Shown piece by piece: positions 62,046 through 64,000 of a stretch of DNA of 64,000 nt. Origin of the DNA: Eledone cirrhosa (lineage: Eukaryota); contig OZ024741.1 in the NCBI GenBank assembly GCA_964016885.1, positions 185,566,001 to 185,630,000 on the forward strand, read 5' to 3'. Every line of letters begins with the position of its first letter. The stretch's first letter is position 1. The translations under genes and the position numbers were made by a program. Below the pieces are notes generated by a model. It had not been told where the DNA came from, made no database searches, and worked only from the letters and a program-made list of their open reading frames with translations.

Positions 62046-62376
62046 GCATATACATATGTATAGATATAGAGTCATGTGCACGTGTACACATATGACTCAA
62101 CATATACAAATCCACACAGGCATTAACATCCATACTTGCACACATTCAAACACACACACACATAAACGCACACACACACATAAACAAATACACACACATA
62201 TATATATGTATGCATATTCTTGTATCAATATACAAAGGCAAATGCACATATAGAAACAGATATATATACACATGGACAAACAGAAATCCATGCATACACT
62301 GATTGTATGTATGTATGTGTTTATATATGTATGTATAAATACATATACACACAAACACACACATATATATATATGA

Positions 62377-62451
<75 letters not shown>

Positions 62452-62880
62452 AAAGTTAATCAAAGAACTATGAAACCTCACGTAGCTCAAGTAAAACATA
62501 GTGAAGTAGTCTTTCTTATCTAATTCACATTGGATGGAATGAAATATTTCCGGTTTAGTAAGAATAGGAAATGCCTGGTCCATTGAATAGAAAGGCTTCT
62601 TTGGCCGGATTCCAACTTGTTCACGCTGGAACAACGCACAGTACGGCTTTGGACTGGTAATAAGTTCTAAACCCTGTACACATACACACATACACGCACT
62701 CAAACACACACATATAAACAAACACACACTCACTCACACATATTTACATAAATTCATGCAAGCATATATATATATATATATAAACACATACACGCATACA
62801 CACACACACACACATATATGCACTCAAACAAACACACATAAACAAACACACACTCACTCACACATATTTACATAAATTCA

Positions 62881-62916
<36 letters not shown>

Positions 62917-63590
62917 CACATACACATACATGCATATATCAACCAGAAATATATACATATATACATATATGCATACATATGCACCTGATATATATACATG
63001 TAGATGTATGTATATATATATATGTGTGTGTGTGTGTATGTGTGTATGTGTGTGTGTGTGTGTATGTGGGTGTGTCTGTGTGTGTGAGTGTGTGTGGGTG
63101 TGGGTGTGTGTGTGTATGTGTGTGTGTGTGCGTTTGTGTTTGTATGAGTGTTTTTTTTTTAAACAGGATTATGAATAAAGCAGGATTTAGAGGACAAGAA
63201 GGAGATTCAGAGTAAATGAGAGTTTCTGTGTGTGTGTGTGTATGTGTGTGTGTGCTTGTGTGTGTGTGTGTGTATGTGTGTGTGTGTGTGTGCGTGTGTG
63301 TGTGTCTGTTCGTGAATGGAACAGAGAAACATATGTAAGGAAATATATATACAGAGTGATAGGAAATAAAACGGAGGAGGAAAGAAGGGGAAGTGGGAGA
63401 GATGAGAATCTTATTCAATGTGTTCAGAGAAAGAGGAATAAAGTTATTTGGCTGAAAGGAAATTAGAAAAAAACAGGAGCATAACCACTCCATAATTGAA
63501 GCTATAGCAGTAAGGTAAACAGCTATAGAGGGAGTCACACACATACGCACTGAGGCATAAACACTCGCTCACAAACTCACACACGTGTGT

Positions 63591-63703
<113 letters not shown>

Positions 63704-63704
63704 A

Positions 63705-63886
<182 letters not shown>

Positions 63887-63887
63887 A

Positions 63888-64000
63888 TTTTGTTTCTGAA
63901 TTTGTTTAGCAAGATTCTTTATCTGAAATCGTGTGTTGAAACCGATATTGTTATACTTTGGGAGGGTCATGTTGCCAATAAGAAACACACGCACCAGTTG
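63888..64000 (-). mobile_element. 3' terminus of a PLE pLTR, running off the window
   Basis: Near-identical to parts of 3581-3635 and 4050-4120. Abuts (TA)n. Confidence 0.7.

Overview
Repeat-dense, AT-rich eukaryotic intergenic or intronic DNA. The (TA)n/(CA)n density and the SINE families suggest a coleoid cephalopod such as Octopus (inference only). I can support no host protein-coding gene, and nearly all listed ORFs are microsatellite read-throughs. Real coding relics are three Penelope-like retroelements (PLEs: RT plus GIY-YIG endonuclease), one of them intact apart from a single in-frame TGA, an R4/Dong-like LINE relic and a weak mariner-like scrap. The main hidden signal is RNA. Reading both strands by eye I find about 25 type I hammerhead ribozyme (HHR) motifs in about 11 families, several with compensatory stem changes. 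They sit in PLE 3' ends and in non-coding 425-540 bp tandem or fold-back units (retrozyme-like), almost all inserted into (TA)n tracts. All structures were folded by eye and none was computed.
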